64,000 nucleotides of DNA from Mytilus edulis (taxonomy: Eukaryota). Of this stretch, positions 14,646 through 29,100 are shown one piece after another. The notes beneath the pieces are model-generated. The model saw only the letters and a program-made list of their open reading frames with translations, made no database searches and was not told where the DNA came from. Within the stretch, counting starts at the first letter, position 1, and the number at the start of each line of letters is the position of its first letter. The position numbers and the translations under genes are program-made. The stretch covers positions 72,416,001 to 72,480,000 of the forward strand of contig NC_092344.1 in assembly GCF_963676685.1 (NCBI RefSeq), given 5' to 3'.

Positions 14646-14791
14646 CTGTCTTCACGCTGAGTGGCAGCCCAGGCTTGTAAAATTGCTCTCGGGCCTGTAA
14701 AAATCATATCTACAGGCCAACAGATTCTAACTAAAAAAATTCAAAAATTGAGCTCTGGGCCTGTAGATTTAACAGTTCATCGTGAAGACTG
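14646..14791. mobile_element. Small MITE with a 6 bp TSD AAGCAA
   Basis: CTGTCTTCACGCTGA...TCATCGTGAAGACTG inverted ends, with AAGCAA at 14640-14645 and 14792-14797. Confidence 0.65.
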
Positions 14792-14960
14792 AAGCAACAA
14801 AAAAGGAAAGAAATGTAGTTAATATAAATAAAAAGTTACAATTATTTTTCTTGATTTTAATTGTTTTTAATTACCAAGTATCTGCACATACAATGTACAT
14901 GACTCAATATTTGATTTAACTGGTCATGTAATAATAACGCTAACTGGTCATGTGATAATA

Positions 14961-15106
14961 CAGTGACAGATCCAGAACTTTTCCTAAGGGGGGGCCCGCT
15001 GACTGACCTAAGAGGGAGCCCGCTCCAGTCATGCTTCAATGATTCCCTATATAAACAAACCAAATTTTCCCCACGAAAGGGCCCCCCCCCCCTGGATCCG
15101 CCTATG
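14961..15106. mobile_element. MITE of the CAGNGGCGGATC family
   Basis: CAGTGACAGATCCAG...CTGGATCCGCCTATG termini. The internal GTCATGCTTCAATGATTCCC is shared, inverted, with 16194-16343. Confidence 0.65.
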
Positions 15107-16193
15107 AAATAACGCTATAGTGCAATGTGGACTGCTACATCTTAATTTTGTCACTATTTATCTAATTACTGAATACTGGCAAAGTGTTTTGTTGACAACT
15201 TTTATTATAAAGTTGTTATAAATTCAAAATAAAAAAAAATATTGAAAAAAACCCATGTTGAAAACATAATCTACAAAACATTGGCTGCATTATTCGTTTA
15301 CTTAATTTCTGTTTATGAAAATAATGGAAGTTTGTCATTATTTGAGTTTTCTCCAGAATCCCAGAAAACAGTGTCGGAGTGTTTTCATTAGTTATTGTAA
15401 ATTTTGTTTGTGTATATAATTGTAAATGCTTGTGATCTTTTTCTATGGAAATCATATCTATTTGATAATTTTTTTTGCAACAATTCAAAATTTCTCAAAA
15501 CAAGTGGGCCAACCATGTGTTTATTGAAAAAAAAAGTTTATAGATTAATCAATCCATATGATATAGATATTGCTTTAAAATCAAGAATTAATTTGACTAA
15601 TATTTTTATTCATTTAACAGCTCCCTTTGGAGCAAATGTTATGTGATTGCTATTGGTGTGTTCATTTTGGCAGAACTGTACATCTGTAGTGTTTCTTTTT
15701 TTTCCATTTTCTTGTGCAGCAGTACCGGTATCCAACCAAAAGCTTGCTATGACAAGGTTCTAAGAGCACATTTTGATTTTGCCCTCTGAATTAGGGGATG
15801 TTTTTTTTCATTGTTCATAGTATTATACATGTTATATATATCTTGTTGCTTAAGCTGCACCTGCACTGTTTATATTGTGTATTTTTCCTTCTATGACATA
15901 TGGTCACGGCAGATTTAACTTTTGCAGCTTAGGAAATACATGTATTGTCCATAAATTGGAAAATGGCACTTTTTTTCAATTAATGGTTTTTAAAATTTAA
16001 TATGTTGTTACTGATGGATAAAATTGGGGTTAAGTTTGATATTGGCTATTTTCATTCAAGTTTGTTTTTATTTGCCTTTCTGGTCCTTTTATATTTGAAA
16101 TGACCTTTCAGTAGTTAGTCTTATCAATAAGTAAACAAATGATTCTACCAATGCTTTCTAAGTTGTTACTGATGACAAATTTGAGATCAAGTG

Positions 16194-16343
16194 CAGAGGC
16201 GGATTTGGTGTGGAGGGGGGGGGGGAGGGACCAATGGGGCCCGGCCCCCCTTTTTATGAAAAATTTTGGTTGGTTAAATAGGGAATCACTGAAGCATGAC
16301 GGAATCAGGACCCCTCTTATGAAAATTTCTAGATCCGCCACTG
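16194..16343. mobile_element. MITE of the CAGNGGCGGATC family, 5 bp TSD AAGTG
   Basis: CAGAGGCGGATTTGG...CTAGATCCGCCACTG flanked by AAGTG at 16189-16193 and 16344-16348. Confidence 0.75.
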
Positions 16344-19256
16344 AAGTGTGACATTGACTGTTTTCACTTTAATACAGTCGTGGGTTGCTGTAATTTTGAC
16401 AGGCTCTTGTTCTACATTTATTTGTATTCTACACAGTTGGATAATTCAAGATTGATACTTTTATATATATAGTGTTTCAATAATTTATATGACTGACTCT
16501 TTAATGATAAAAAGATGTGCAAATTAGTGAATCAGTTTTATTTATCTTTTCTGTTGATTATAGGTTAGGGATGAGTATTTTGATTAGGTAAATAGCAGTT
16601 TATATAAATCTGTATGTCTGTACTGAAATGATTTATAACATTTATTTCTAAAATTACATGCTGAAAAAGTAAGGTTCCAACTCCCTCATCATGGCCTCAT
16701 GCAAGTTGACTTGAATTATGGGACTTTTATCATCAAAACTAGGGAAACAATATTTTTTACAATTGGTGGTTTAGCAGGTTCTTGCTTGTTAATGTGTACC
16801 ATGCACTTTATCAAGAAGTATCAGTAAGATAACGGAGGTAAAAGGCAGAATTTTTATTAGAAACTTTGGTTTTCTGGGAAAGCTTAGATGGGGAAATTAT
16901 TTTTAGGACCATGCCATTGAACAATAACTGACTTTTGATGAAGTTGATACAATTGTTGACAATCTCTAGAGACACGATATAAATAAATAACCTCATTTAA
17001 GTTTTCCAGTTGTATTTAAAATGTTTTACAAAAGAATATTCCTCAATTCACCAATGAGAAAACAAAAATTTAGTAGTTAAGTAAAAAAATAATTATAGTA
17101 CTTTAGATATTAAGAATTTAAATAAATTAATAAATGGATGAATCATTATGCATTGATATTACAAAAATTAATTAAACTTGTGTCATGATTCAAAAATCTA
17201 TCAAAAAAGATACTTATAACATGCTTGCCTTGTTGCATTAAATACATTTTGTTCATGCATGTATATATTTATTACAGCCCAATCAGTGCATTGGTATTTA
17301 ATTTTCTTAAAACCGCAAATGTGAAACTGTTTTTGTGACAAACATGCATATTAAAGAATCAAGATAATACTATATATTATATTGATCAGACATTTCAAAG
17401 CTAGATTATGTTGTCAAATGAGGTTTTCTAAATCTATACAAAATATATACATGTATATACAATGTATAAGACACACAGTGATCTGCCAAAAGAAATATTG
17501 AAAATTCTTTTATGCAGTTTCTTTATTTTCTATCATGAACTTGTTATGTTTTAATCCAATTTTTTTTATCCAAGGGGATCATTTTTTCTTTAACTAAATA
17601 CTTTTTAAAATCTGTCCAGAAACCAGAAAACTTAGTAATGTATATAATACTTTTTCAAATCAAATATTTTGATTTAATTTTTTTTTCTCATAACAACACG
17701 TTCCCCTGTCAAGATCTTTTGTCTGTCTGTTTCAGTCCATTACTTAGCATTTAAAGCAAATTAGAAACAACGTTTGTGTTAACCCACCGCAGATAAAAAT
17801 ATTGACTGGTGTCTTTTGTATAAAACTCGGCCCTTTAACATTGTCACATATTGTTGAAAAGGTGTTAGCATTAAAACAGGTATGTGGTCGTGAAAAATCA
17901 TTTAACAATGTATAAACTTCTTGAGGTTATTTTTGTGTTATAATTAGATGTTGATATTGTCATCCATGTAATTTTTATTTAAATTGATCTTTAAAAATTT
18001 ATTTAAATTACTATGATTTTTGATTGGTATAGATAATCGAACAAATTTGAAAGTTGACATGTTTGAACTAAAAGCTGTGATTTTAATGCATATTTAATTA
18101 TATCTCCGTACATAGCCAAGTTATTAAAGGATAGTATACTATTGTTAAGGTTGGTTGTTAAAAGGTATTTACGATATCAGTAGCATGTTTATCTTTCGTT
18201 ATTGAAATTTATATAGATGTTGAAAATTGATTGTTAAATGTTGAACCTCTTATGATTGATAGAAATATGACTTTACAAATTTTAATGGAAAATTTAACAG
18301 AAAGGCTGACATCTTTTATTTCTTCACAAAAAAAGGATCCATAAAAGTCAAAATGGATGTGTACAATAGTATTGCTAAGATATTGTAAAGATATAGTTTG
18401 GTTGGTAACCAATGGATGCTAATTTATGGTTATTATTAAAAGCTTCATACATGTATCCTTCTGATTTTGTAGGCTTTAGTTCATGTCTGATGTGAATTTA
18501 TGTCCTCAAATCAATTTTCAATACATTTACAAGTACAATTGTATTTATAATGCAATAAGGATGACAAGACCCACTGTGTAAACGGAATCAGAGTCAAGTT
18601 CAAAAAGAAAGGAATAACTGAGGATCGTTTCATGTTATCAGAATGCACATTAATGATACCAGATTAATCAAAAATATTGTTTGAATCTTCTTTGCAACTG
18701 GGATATATTGACTTTAGGTGGAACCTAATTATATTTCAATTTTGGTAATGAATTCCTTAATTAATTTCTGTTGAATGATTTGAGTTGTCAATTTGCTGTT
18801 CTCAAAGAAATATCAATGATCATTACTAGAAATAAATATGCATTGTTAGAAATAAGCAACCCTGTCGTCAAAACAAATCTAATTTCAATTGCATGATGGC
18901 AAATAAATTGTCTCCTCTATCTATGGTAAAACACATTTTATTTGATTCCAAATAAAAAGTTGATTTCAAAACAGTTCTTTTGTGAATTGGTTAGATTAGT
19001 TTTGAAGGCAAATATTAAGATGTTGTGTAAACTTGCATATGGGATAATAGATTTTATTGTATGTTCAATTTTGATTCATCTTTCAATAATATCTTTAGCA
19101 TAACTAGTATTTTATTTTTCATTTCAGCATATATGACGGTAGCCATATTGGCTTTTGACATTTGATATTGTGTAAACCAAGATGTAAAATTGATGGTCTT
19201 GACAACAGACCAAGTGTTCAATGCATATCCCGTCTGACACAGCAGTCAAAGGAACA

Positions 19257-20798
19257 ATGGTAAGAATTAGTCTTTTTTGTATACCTGCAAAACGTTAAAT
19301 ATATATATATATAAAAAATTGTGGTACATGTATGATTGAAAAAATAAGCTATATATACTCTGGTAGATACATGTCATGCATGTAGTGATCTGATATTTGT
19401 ATATTTATTGGTGAGTAATTGAAAATTCAGTTATTGAAAATTCAGTAATTAAAAATTATAAGCTATTTTACTTAATTTTTGCTAATGTATAATTGACAAT
19501 AATTTTATACTTCCGTTAGAAAATTGACCTGGTATTTACATTGTACCTTGGTCTCAACAGGGAAAGCAGGTCTAGCAACTGCTTCACTCCATACATTTGC
19601 CTTGACATCATCCTGTTCAAAACACCTTGGATAAAAACTTTTTTCAAAGATTTTTTGGCTTCTATAGAAAGAAATGCATTTATATTTGGTTTGGGCTTGG
19701 CTATGTTCACCTGTTGCTATCAAGCAATTTTCACAAATTTTATAACACTCAATTTCAAGGAAAATTTTGCAAACCTTTTTTTAATTTCTATGGAAGGAAT
19801 GATTTTATATTAGGCCTGAGGGAATGTTATGTTGTATCTAGATGAAATTGAAATGAACAATTATGAATGATTCTCATTTCATACATTTTATCAATTAGAT
19901 CTCCATTAAGGTATAAAACCACTAATTCATAGCCCCATTGCTTTCTATGTTAAATTTAGCAATTTCAAGCATTTATGGCTACTTTGTCTTAAGTTCAAAT
20001 AAAGTGGCAGTTATTTCATGTCAAAACTGTACCTTACCCTGGCTTGTACTGAAAGAATCAACATACCTTTAATTGCATATTAAAGCATACTGGTTCCCGG
20101 AAGTTTGATAGTACAAAAACAGGAACTTCTGATCTAAACAACAGGCCAAATGTGCCCTCCTATTAGAATTTTCTATACTTCTTTATTATTCAAGTAAAAC
20201 TTTCAACAAGGGTTCTACAGTGACCCCAAGTCCCCTAGCTTTCATTTGATACTAAAACTACCCAAATATTCCCACTAAATGACAATGGTATAGCTATGCG
20301 TAGGAACTATTTTGTTTCAAATATGTACTACTTTCTTGTATGCTCTTTCCAACCGGGCCTGAATTAGTGGTTCTATACCTTAATGTTAAACACTATGCAA
20401 TAACGGGTAATTCAACCTGCTTAGTGACTTGTTTTAGTTTTTTAAAAATTGCAAATGCAGCTTTATTTGTCAAAAAGTGAGAAAACTTTGTTAATTATAC
20501 TTCAATCAAATACCTTTTTTTGTTTCAGCCGGGGAAGAAAAAGGGTGGTGGAAAAAAATCGGGTAAAAAATCAGGTAAAAAGTCTGGAAAGAAAAGTGGC
20601 AAAAAATCAGCACGAGCCTCAGCCAAATCAGGAAAGAGTGAAAAAGAAGGACCCCCAGATATTATGAGTGGACCTGCTATGGAGAATTTATATTTTATTG
20701 CACATGATGCACCAGATGCATTAGAAAAACGCGGCTTTGGTTGGCCTGAGGCACCAAAGGGTAAAAAAGGAAAAAAAGGAAAAAAGAAAAAGAAGTGA
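19257..20798 (+). CDS. SMKR1: Small lysine-rich protein 1-like; ATG at 19257-19259 spliced to exon 20529-20798, about 90 aa
   Basis: ATG|GTAAGA donor at 19260 and tttcag acceptor at 20528 give MPGKKKGGGKKSGKK...PDIMSGPAMENLYFIAHDAPDALEKRGFGWPEAPKGKKGKK. This matches the SMKR1 core as I recall it (DILSPAAMLNLYYIAH...RGFxWPGAPKGKK). An in-frame upstream ATG at 19221 is possible. Confidence 0.8.
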
Positions 20799-22075
20799 AG
20801 AATTGGAATTCAGGCTTCCTGACCACAAGTCAATAAATAGTGCCACATTTTTTTTTCTCTCAAGAAAATGCAACATTATGTTATTAGAGCTTTAAATGAC
20901 TGTTTAATGAATATGTATATGTGATTGAACATGTTGAATGTCTGTGCTATTTTTGTCTTGGATGTTTACCACGGCTGAATAGGTAATGGGTACTATAACT
21001 ACACAATGTCATCTATAATGCCAAATTCAGTCATAGCATTTTGCCTGCCATTATTGTTATAGTTTTTTGTAGACGTTCATATTTATTTACAAAACTTGTT
21101 ATGTTTAAATGAATGTGTTGGTATGTTTTATAATAGATTGTGCGTGTATGTGTTCTCATTCAGAATATGGTTGTTTGACTGATTTATATTTGTGAATCTC
21201 ATGCTAAATCTCAAAATTAGAAAACAACAAATATTAGAATCTAGTCATAGGCGAGTTTTTAACAAGAATTTATCATTGCAGTTAATACTAATATCAAAGT
21301 TTGAAAATATATTCTATATGCCAAATCATTTTATGCTAGATAAAAGATAGTTTTGTATGCATAATTAGTATGACAAAGGCATAAAATATGTAGATTCTAC
21401 ATGTTCCTGCAAAATAAAGACATAAATGTCCAAAGTTTCAGATTACCAGTTAGATCATACATGAAATAGTTCTTTTTTTTTTAAGTTAAACTTAAGAAAT
21501 TAGATGCATAGTTAATGGAGATTCCGTACATGTATTTAATAAACAAACATTGCGAATACACTAAAAGAATAACACTCAATTTAAATACACAATTAATAAA
21601 AATTATGCACCTTTGTATGAAACATGAACAAGTTGATATTTGATAAAAAAATAATAATATTGTGCCTGCAGAGTTGATTACAACGAAACAATTTACTTAA
21701 ATGGCCTTTTGAAATGTGAAATCTTCTTTTCTGCCTTGTAAGTTTTGTTTTACACTGTCTTTAGTCTTTTAAAAGTATTGTTTTGTTAATAAGTAATTAA
21801 TACAGTAGTATTATATAGCTCAAATATTATCTTGCCTTTTGTTCTAGTTGATATGTTGTTTGATTGATTTTTAATAAGTTCTAATTTGAAATGAAATTTA
21901 ACTCAATTTGAAATTATGAGGGGTGTCTCTTTAGTCATGTTTGATTTATGTTTCCTTTGAAATTTTTTCGTATATATCTTTCCAAATATTTTAAATATTT
22001 ATTAATTGATTATTTTCAATTTAATTAAATGAATGTTTGAAGAATGTAAGTATTGCTACAACAAAGCTAAAACTG

Positions 22076-22367
22076 TGATGTTTGAATTATCTCCCTTTTG
22101 ATGATATTTTTATTTCAATGGGCATGTTGATCCTTTGAAGTAAAAATCAAATGAAAATACTAAATTTTGACTTCACTTGTGTTTAAATTAAAGTTATTTG
22201 CACTGAAAATATTACAACACTATGATGTTTGAATTATCTCCCTTTTGATGAAATTTTATTTCAATGGGCATGTTGATCCTTTGAAGAAAAAATCAAATGA
22301 AAATACTAAATTTTGACTTCACTTGTGTTTAAATTAAAGTTATTTGCACTGAAAATATTTCAACACT
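22076..22367. repeat. Near-perfect ~147 bp direct tandem duplication
   Basis: TGATGTTTGAATTATCTCCC...GCACTGAAAATATT occurs twice in succession. Confidence 0.85.
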
Positions 22368-24379
22368 TTGAGAATAAGTTTATACTATACAACATTGAAG
22401 TTCTGACTATTAAGAAATCTGTTTGCCAAAGAATATCATTTAAAAGCCTTTGATATTGACGAATTTTCAATTTACACAGCATTTCACATATGCCAAATTA
22501 AAATCAATAATATTTTATACAGAAGTGTCCTTTAAATGTGATCTCTGATTGTTGATTTTAGGTTTTACTCAGTAACACTTAGTTGTTTCAAAATGCTGCA
22601 TAGTTTGTTAGGAAACACATGTAAACTCTCGAAACCATTTATATTACATATTATATACATTTTGTATTTTTGTTTTCTTTTGATTAATATATGATATGGT
22701 GTGAATAGAAAAATATGTAAACTTCCGTAACATTTTATTTTCATTACATTTAGGTGTTATGTTTTAAAAAAGTTCCATTTTGGAGTTTAATTCTTTGTCA
22801 TATTTAAATCCATTTGTTTTGTGATTACTAGTTCTCTATGTGCCAATTCATGGACAGGAAAGACAGTTATTACATATTTATTTCAAATTTAGGAAAGAAA
22901 ATACATTTTTTTTTTTTAGAAAACATGAAATTAAGTCATTTTTGCTTTTGTCAAAGGCAATATGAAAAACTTATGGTGACCTATAGTTGTTAATGTCTGT
23001 GTCATTTTGGTCTTTTGTGGATAGTTGTCTCATTGGCAATCATACCACATCTTTTTTATATTAACATAGAAATACTGGTTTTTCTCAGCAGTATTCGTGA
23101 AGGTGTAAGAATGGTGAAAAAAGGGATCAATGGAAGTTCAAATAGTGCTTTATTGAAAATTTAGCAAGATTGTTTTTCCTGCCCATGATTGTTTATTTGT
23201 TAATTAATTATTTTTGGAGCAGGGATATATTACAAGTGTTCTTTACTAGATATTTATATGATGTAAAAGAAAATATTTTTTATACATCTTATTGTTACAT
23301 CTCATGTGATATCCGTGAATAACAAATAGTAGAAACTATTTATTGCCAAATAAAAATATGAAAAAATATGGCTTTCAATTAATAAGTGAGTTACTTTTAA
23401 CAAAACTGAGATGAGAATCTTTTCCTAAGATATAAGAAGATGTGGTATGAGTGCCAATGCGACAACTCTCCATTCAAGTCACACTTTGTAATTTAAAGTA
23501 AACCATTATAGCTCAAAGTATGGCTTTCAACATGGAGCCTTGGCTTACATCGAACAGCAAGCTATAATGGGCCTAAAAAATTCTAGTGTAATACCATTCA
23601 AATTTCAAACAGAAAAACCAATGGTCTATTCTATATAGTTAAATTAGTCTTTCCCAAAAACCTAATTTCTTTTTCAAGTTATTCCTTGATAGGTCTAATG
23701 AAGAAATCAGCTTTGTTGTCATTTTGAAATATCATTAATTAGAATATGCAGAACTAGTCTGAAAAAAACCCATTTCATCCATTGACCCACCAACATATAT
23801 CTTATTGAAACAACTAGTGTAGGATTTTAGATAAAAAAGTAAAGTATATTTTAATCCTTATCAGATCATTAAAGGTCATTTGAATCGATCATACACCTTT
23901 TCCTTTGGCATCTATTTTTGGTTCTCTTTAATTTGCTTTACCCTTTCCCTGGTAAGATGAGGTTGATTTTCTAAACATTTAAATCGCTTTGCTTCATTGG
24001 AAAATGGTTTTATTGGTTGCTGTACACTCTTCATAGTCCAAAAAAGCCTGCATGCCTTGCCAAACAGCTGTAGCCATTTTCACAAAAAAATCTTGGAGTG
24101 TAAAATTTATCGAAAGTCTAAAATATTCCTTCACAATCCAACTACCAGTAAATATTTTTATTGTAAGATTAATTTTACACATAAGATTTTTGGGAAAAGG
24201 GCTTCTGGTCTTGAAAGTAGCTGACAGAAGAGGTTTAAAACAGTTTACACTGTCCTCAAAATTAATAGTAAGACTAGGACAGTGTATCCATTGCTTACTA
24301 TACACTAGACAGTGTTTAAGGATAAATGGGTCTCTGCACATGGTCTTGAATAAAAAGGTCATTAGCTCTCCATCCTTTT

Positions 24380-25120
24380 TAAGATGAGAATTCAAAGATT
24401 GCTTACCAAGCAATTAACCATCAGCTCATACCGTTTGTACAATTAGTTGGTGCAGAAGGAGGTAAATAGCTCATCACACACCAATCTTAGTAAGAGTAAG
24501 ATTGATTACTTACCAAACAAATCACTTAGAAATTAGGTAAATAGCTACAAATTTGATGCTGTGATAAAAATCACACACCATCTAAGTAAGGTCAGGATTG
24601 CTTTATAAACAATTCACCATAGTACACTGTCCTTCAAAGTAGGTATGATGATAAGTGATTGCTCATCACACACTGTTCTTGGTAAGACAATGGTCAATTG
24701 CCCATCTTCACCATACACAGTATATGTAGCTTGGTATAAAGAAGACAATAGATTGCTCACCAAATAATTCACCATACACTGTCTGGTAAGACGAGGATAG
24801 ATTGCTCCCCAAACAGTTCACTAACAACTACCCTTTGTAGGTGAGATGAAGTTATATATTTCAACAAACACTGCCCTTGGAAAGATTGTTGGTGAATACT
24901 ATAATACATTGTCATTGAAGATGAGGATTCATTGCTCACCAAACAATTCGCCATTCACCATTCTTAGTAATACTGGTGGTGATTTCTCACGAAAAAGCAA
25001 CATGAATTGTCCCAAGTAAGATGAAGACATTGCTCACCAAAAAATTCACCATACTCTGGGTGCATGACGTGAGGGTTGATTGTATACCGGAAAGTTCAAC
25101 ATACATGTCTGCAGTAAGAT
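24380..25120. repeat. Old degenerate ~55 bp tandem repeat abutting the macrosatellite
   Basis: A recurrent GGTAAGA...GATTGCTCACCAAACAATTCACCATACAC motif in about ten diverged copies. Confidence 0.6.
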
Positions 25121-26019
25121 TACATTGACGTTTATCCCATATTTTCATATTGAAGCACAATGCACACGTAAAAAATGTTTTAGAACATGAATTTAAAGTT
25201 TCATGTCATGCATACTAAGGTAAAGAAAAGCAAAAAAGCGACTCAAAGAACTAAATAGAAAAAGACGAAATGATCTGATTTTCTGTACCTCAATTTTTTT
25301 TAACTGAAAAAAAAAAAAAAAAATGTCTTCACTGTGAACTCTCGAGCTGAAACCTACACTCTTCAGGTTAGCAGGGACAATACTCTGTCTTTAATTTTGT
25401 CATTTTTGCGCATTGGATCGTTAAAGACCCTGTCAGTGGTTCAAAATATTGCTTATCAAAGACATGTCTACTAAGTTAACGAATGCTGCATTCGAATAGG
25501 GACAGCTCTATTCATTCTCAAAAATTTTGCAATCTTTTGACATAGAAAACACCCTTTTCTATTTAAAATAGATATTCTACATTATAAGGTGTCGACTTTA
25601 AGTTAGGAATGGAACTTGAATAACTTTGAAAAGTTTAATTTGTTATAATAAAACTTAAACAAAAGGTTGCCACATATGTGATATGATGGACACACCAACC
25701 TTTAATGACAGTACCCTTTTATGTTCCCTTATCTTTGGAAATCTTAAAAATCTTAAATATCTTCTTTTTAATTATTGGTTTCCCCTTAAACATCGGACAT
25801 TAATTTTGAATAGTTCTGCTTTAAAATTCATCTAGTAATCTTTTTATTATTTAAAATTATTAAAGGTTAAGCTTTTTCATGTCCAGCAGCACATATTACA
25901 GTGTTATCCGGATTCATCGTTATACGATGCGGGAAAAAATGCTATTGTCAAGTTCAATTTCAAATAAATAGATTCGTGTTTGAACAAAACTTTGATCTGA
26001 TGTACAATGATTGGTGTAT

Positions 26020-26199
26020 TCATTGTTGGTCTTTAATGCCACTTTTAGCATTATTTGCTATTTCATGGCGCCCAGCTGTTTTTGAGTGTAGAAAGCTGAG
26101 ACGCCCGGAGAGAACCACTGACCTTCGGCAGGGAAACTGTCAATCCTAGTCACTTCAGATTGGAGTCGAACCAAGCTACCACGTGTAGGGTTCGAACTC
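26020..26199 (-). mobile_element. Truncated tRNA-derived SINE fragment embedded in every satellite unit (first copy given)
   Basis: B-box-like GAGTTCGAACCC on the minus strand at 26188-26199, followed by a GC-richer SINE-like body (CCCGGAGAGAACCACTGACCTTCG). No A-box is seen. Confidence 0.5.
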
Positions 26200-29100
26200 T
26201 GAAATAAGCAGTGAAGTAGTAATTTTTACTAACGAAAGAAACTTGTTTCTCACTTTATCCAGTTTTCGTTTGATATATAGTTTTGTTTTCTATTATTCAA
26301 GTTGAAGAAACCAAGACGTTTTAAAAACGATTTGAAGAAAACAAGGTAGCCGAGTGCATAGTTCTTTCAAACATATTATTTTATCGCTAGAAGGCTGTGT
26401 CGTCAGTAACAGATAGAAAACTCAGGTTAAGAATTTATAGAGCAGACAAGGGGCAGTGGCAAATATTTCATGTATATTATGAACACAGAGAAGATTACCC
26501 CGGCACCCTTTGCCAAAAAAAAAAATCTTTTTCATCCATGTGCCTTTGGACTTTATGTTTTGAATTGTAGTTTCACTTTCCATATTCGGTATTCATTCTA
26601 ATGTAAGCTCCACGTGGCAAAAATCACGTGATGCAGGAATATTGTATCTTGGAGTTAGGCTATTTCTTTCTTTTCGGGCGGGGACTCCAGGCAGACAACA
26701 TGCATGTTTTATAACGCAACTGTATATTTTCTTATTAAATGAAGAAAGTTGCCGGTCCAGTACCAGGATAGATCGGTTAGAAAGCAAGGTTTTAATTTTA
26801 ATTAGATTGGAAAGCTTAATTTGAGAGTTAAAATCGGAGAGGACGAAAAAAAGGGGGGGAGCGGGTTCTTCCACAGGGAATATTTTTATCTTAGGAACTC
26901 TACATTAAAAAGTTTTTTTTAATTATTTATTTAAAAAAAAAGAAAGGGAAAAACAATTGTAAGGCAAATTGTGAAGGTTATTTCTTATTTTCTCCCGTGG
27001 GGCTATCTCGCATATATCTGGTTTACCGTCAAACCGAGCGCATGCATGTCTTTTGGTTGTTTCTGTCACTAGGTGGCTGTATCATTGACGTCTATCCCAT
27101 ATTTTCATATTGAAGCACAATGCACACGTAAATATTGTTTTAGAACATGAATTTAAAGTTTCATGTCATGCATACTAAGGTAAAGAAAAGCAAAAAAGCG
27201 ACTCAAAGAACTAAATAGAAAAAGACGAAATGATCTGATTTTCTGTACCTCAATTTTTTTTAACTGAAAAAAAAAAAAAAAAATGTCTTCACTGGGAACT
27301 CTCGAGCTGAAACCTACACTCTTCAGGTTAGCAGGGACAATACTCTGTCTTTAATTTTGTCATTTTTGCGCATTGGATCGTTAAAGACCCTGTCAGTGGT
27401 TCAAAATATTGCTTATCAAAGACATGTCTACTAAGTTAACGAATGCTGCATTCGAATAGGGACAGCTCTATTCATTCTCAAAAATTTTGCAATCTTTTGA
27501 CATAGAAAACACCCTTTTCTATTTAAAATAGATATTCTACATTATAAGGTGTCGACTTTAAGTTAGGAATGGAACTTGAATAACTTTGAAAAGTTTAATT
27601 TGTTATAATACAACTTAAACAAAAGGTTGCCACATATGTGATATGAATGACACACCAACCTTTAATGACAGTACCCTTTTATGTTCCCTTATCTTTGGAA
27701 ATCTTAAAAATCTTAAATATCTTCTTTTTAATTATTGGTTTCCCCTTAAACATCGGACATTAATTTTGAATAGTTCTGCTTTAAAATTCATCTAGTAATC
27801 TTTCTATTATTTAAAATTATTAAAGGTTAAGCTTTTTCATGTCCAGCAGCACATATTACAGTGTTATCCGGATTCATCGTTATACGATGCGGGAAAAAAT
27901 GCTATTGTCAAGTTCAATTTCAAATAAATAGATTCGTGTTTGAACAAAACTTTGATCTGATGTACAATGATTGGTGTATTCATTGTTGGTCTTTAATGCC
28001 ACTTTTAGCATTATTTGCTATTTCATGGCGCCCAGCTGTTTTTGAGTGTAGAAAGCTGAGACGCCCGGAGAGAACCACTGACCTTCGGCAGGGAAACTGT
28101 CAATCCTAGTCACTTCAGATTGGAGTCGAACCAAGCTACCACGTGTAGGGTTCGAACTCTGAAATAAGCAGTGAAGTAGTAATTTTTACTAACGAAAGAA
28201 ACTTGTTTCTCACTTTATCCAGTTTTCGTTTGCTATATAGTTTTGTTTTCTATTATTCAAGTTGAAGAAACCAAGACGTTTTAAAAACGATTTGAAGAAA
28301 ACAAGGTAGCCGAGTGCATAGTTCTTTCAAACATATTATTTTATCGCTAGAAGGCTGTGTCGTCAGTAACAGATAGAAAACTCAGGGTAAGAATTTATAG
28401 AGCAGACAAGGGGCAGTGGCAAATATTTCATGTATATTATGAACACAGAGAAGATTACCCCGGCACCCTTTGCCAAAAAAAAAATCTTTTTCATCCATGT
28501 GCCTTTGGACTTTATGTTTTGAATTGTAGTTTCACTTTCCATATTCGGTATTCATTCTAATGTAAGCTCCACGTGGCAAAAATCACGTGATGCAGGAATA
28601 TTGTATCTTGGAGTTAGGCTATTTCTTTCTTTTCGGGCGGGGACTCCAGGCAGACAACATGCATGTTTTATAACGCAACTGTATATTTTCTTATTAAATG
28701 AAGAAAGTTGCCGGTCCAGTACAAGGATAGATCGGTTAGAAAGCAAGGTTTTAATTTTAATTAGATTGGAAAGCTTAATTTGAGAGTTAAAATCGGAGAG
28801 GACGAAAAAAAGGGGGGGTGAGCGGGTTCTTCCACAGGGAATATTTTTATCTTAGGAACTCTACATTAAAAAGTTTTTTTAAATTATTTATTTAAAAAAA
28901 AAGAAAGGGAAAAACAATTGTAAGGCAAATTGTGAAGGTTCTTTCTTCCTTTCTCCCGTGGGGCTATCTCGCATATATCTGGTTTATCGTCAAACCGAGC
29001 GCATGCATGTCTTTTGGTTGTTTCTGTCACTAGGTGGCTGTATCATTGACGTCTATCCCATATTTTCATATTGAAGCACAATGCACACGTAAATATTGTT

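Noticed and set aside
23994-24413. Overlapping 75-139 aa ORFs on both strands
   Set aside because: Non-ATG starts, no recognisable motifs, and adjacent to degenerate repeats.
25335-25390. Faint tRNA-like stretch on the minus strand of the satellite unit
   Set aside because: I cannot build a cloverleaf or intact A/B boxes; at most a decayed SINE head.
25901-26874. Recurrent 60-141 aa ORFs in each satellite unit
   Set aside because: They mostly have non-ATG starts and no domains, and they open and close with homopolymer length changes between units. They are a by-product of the repeat.
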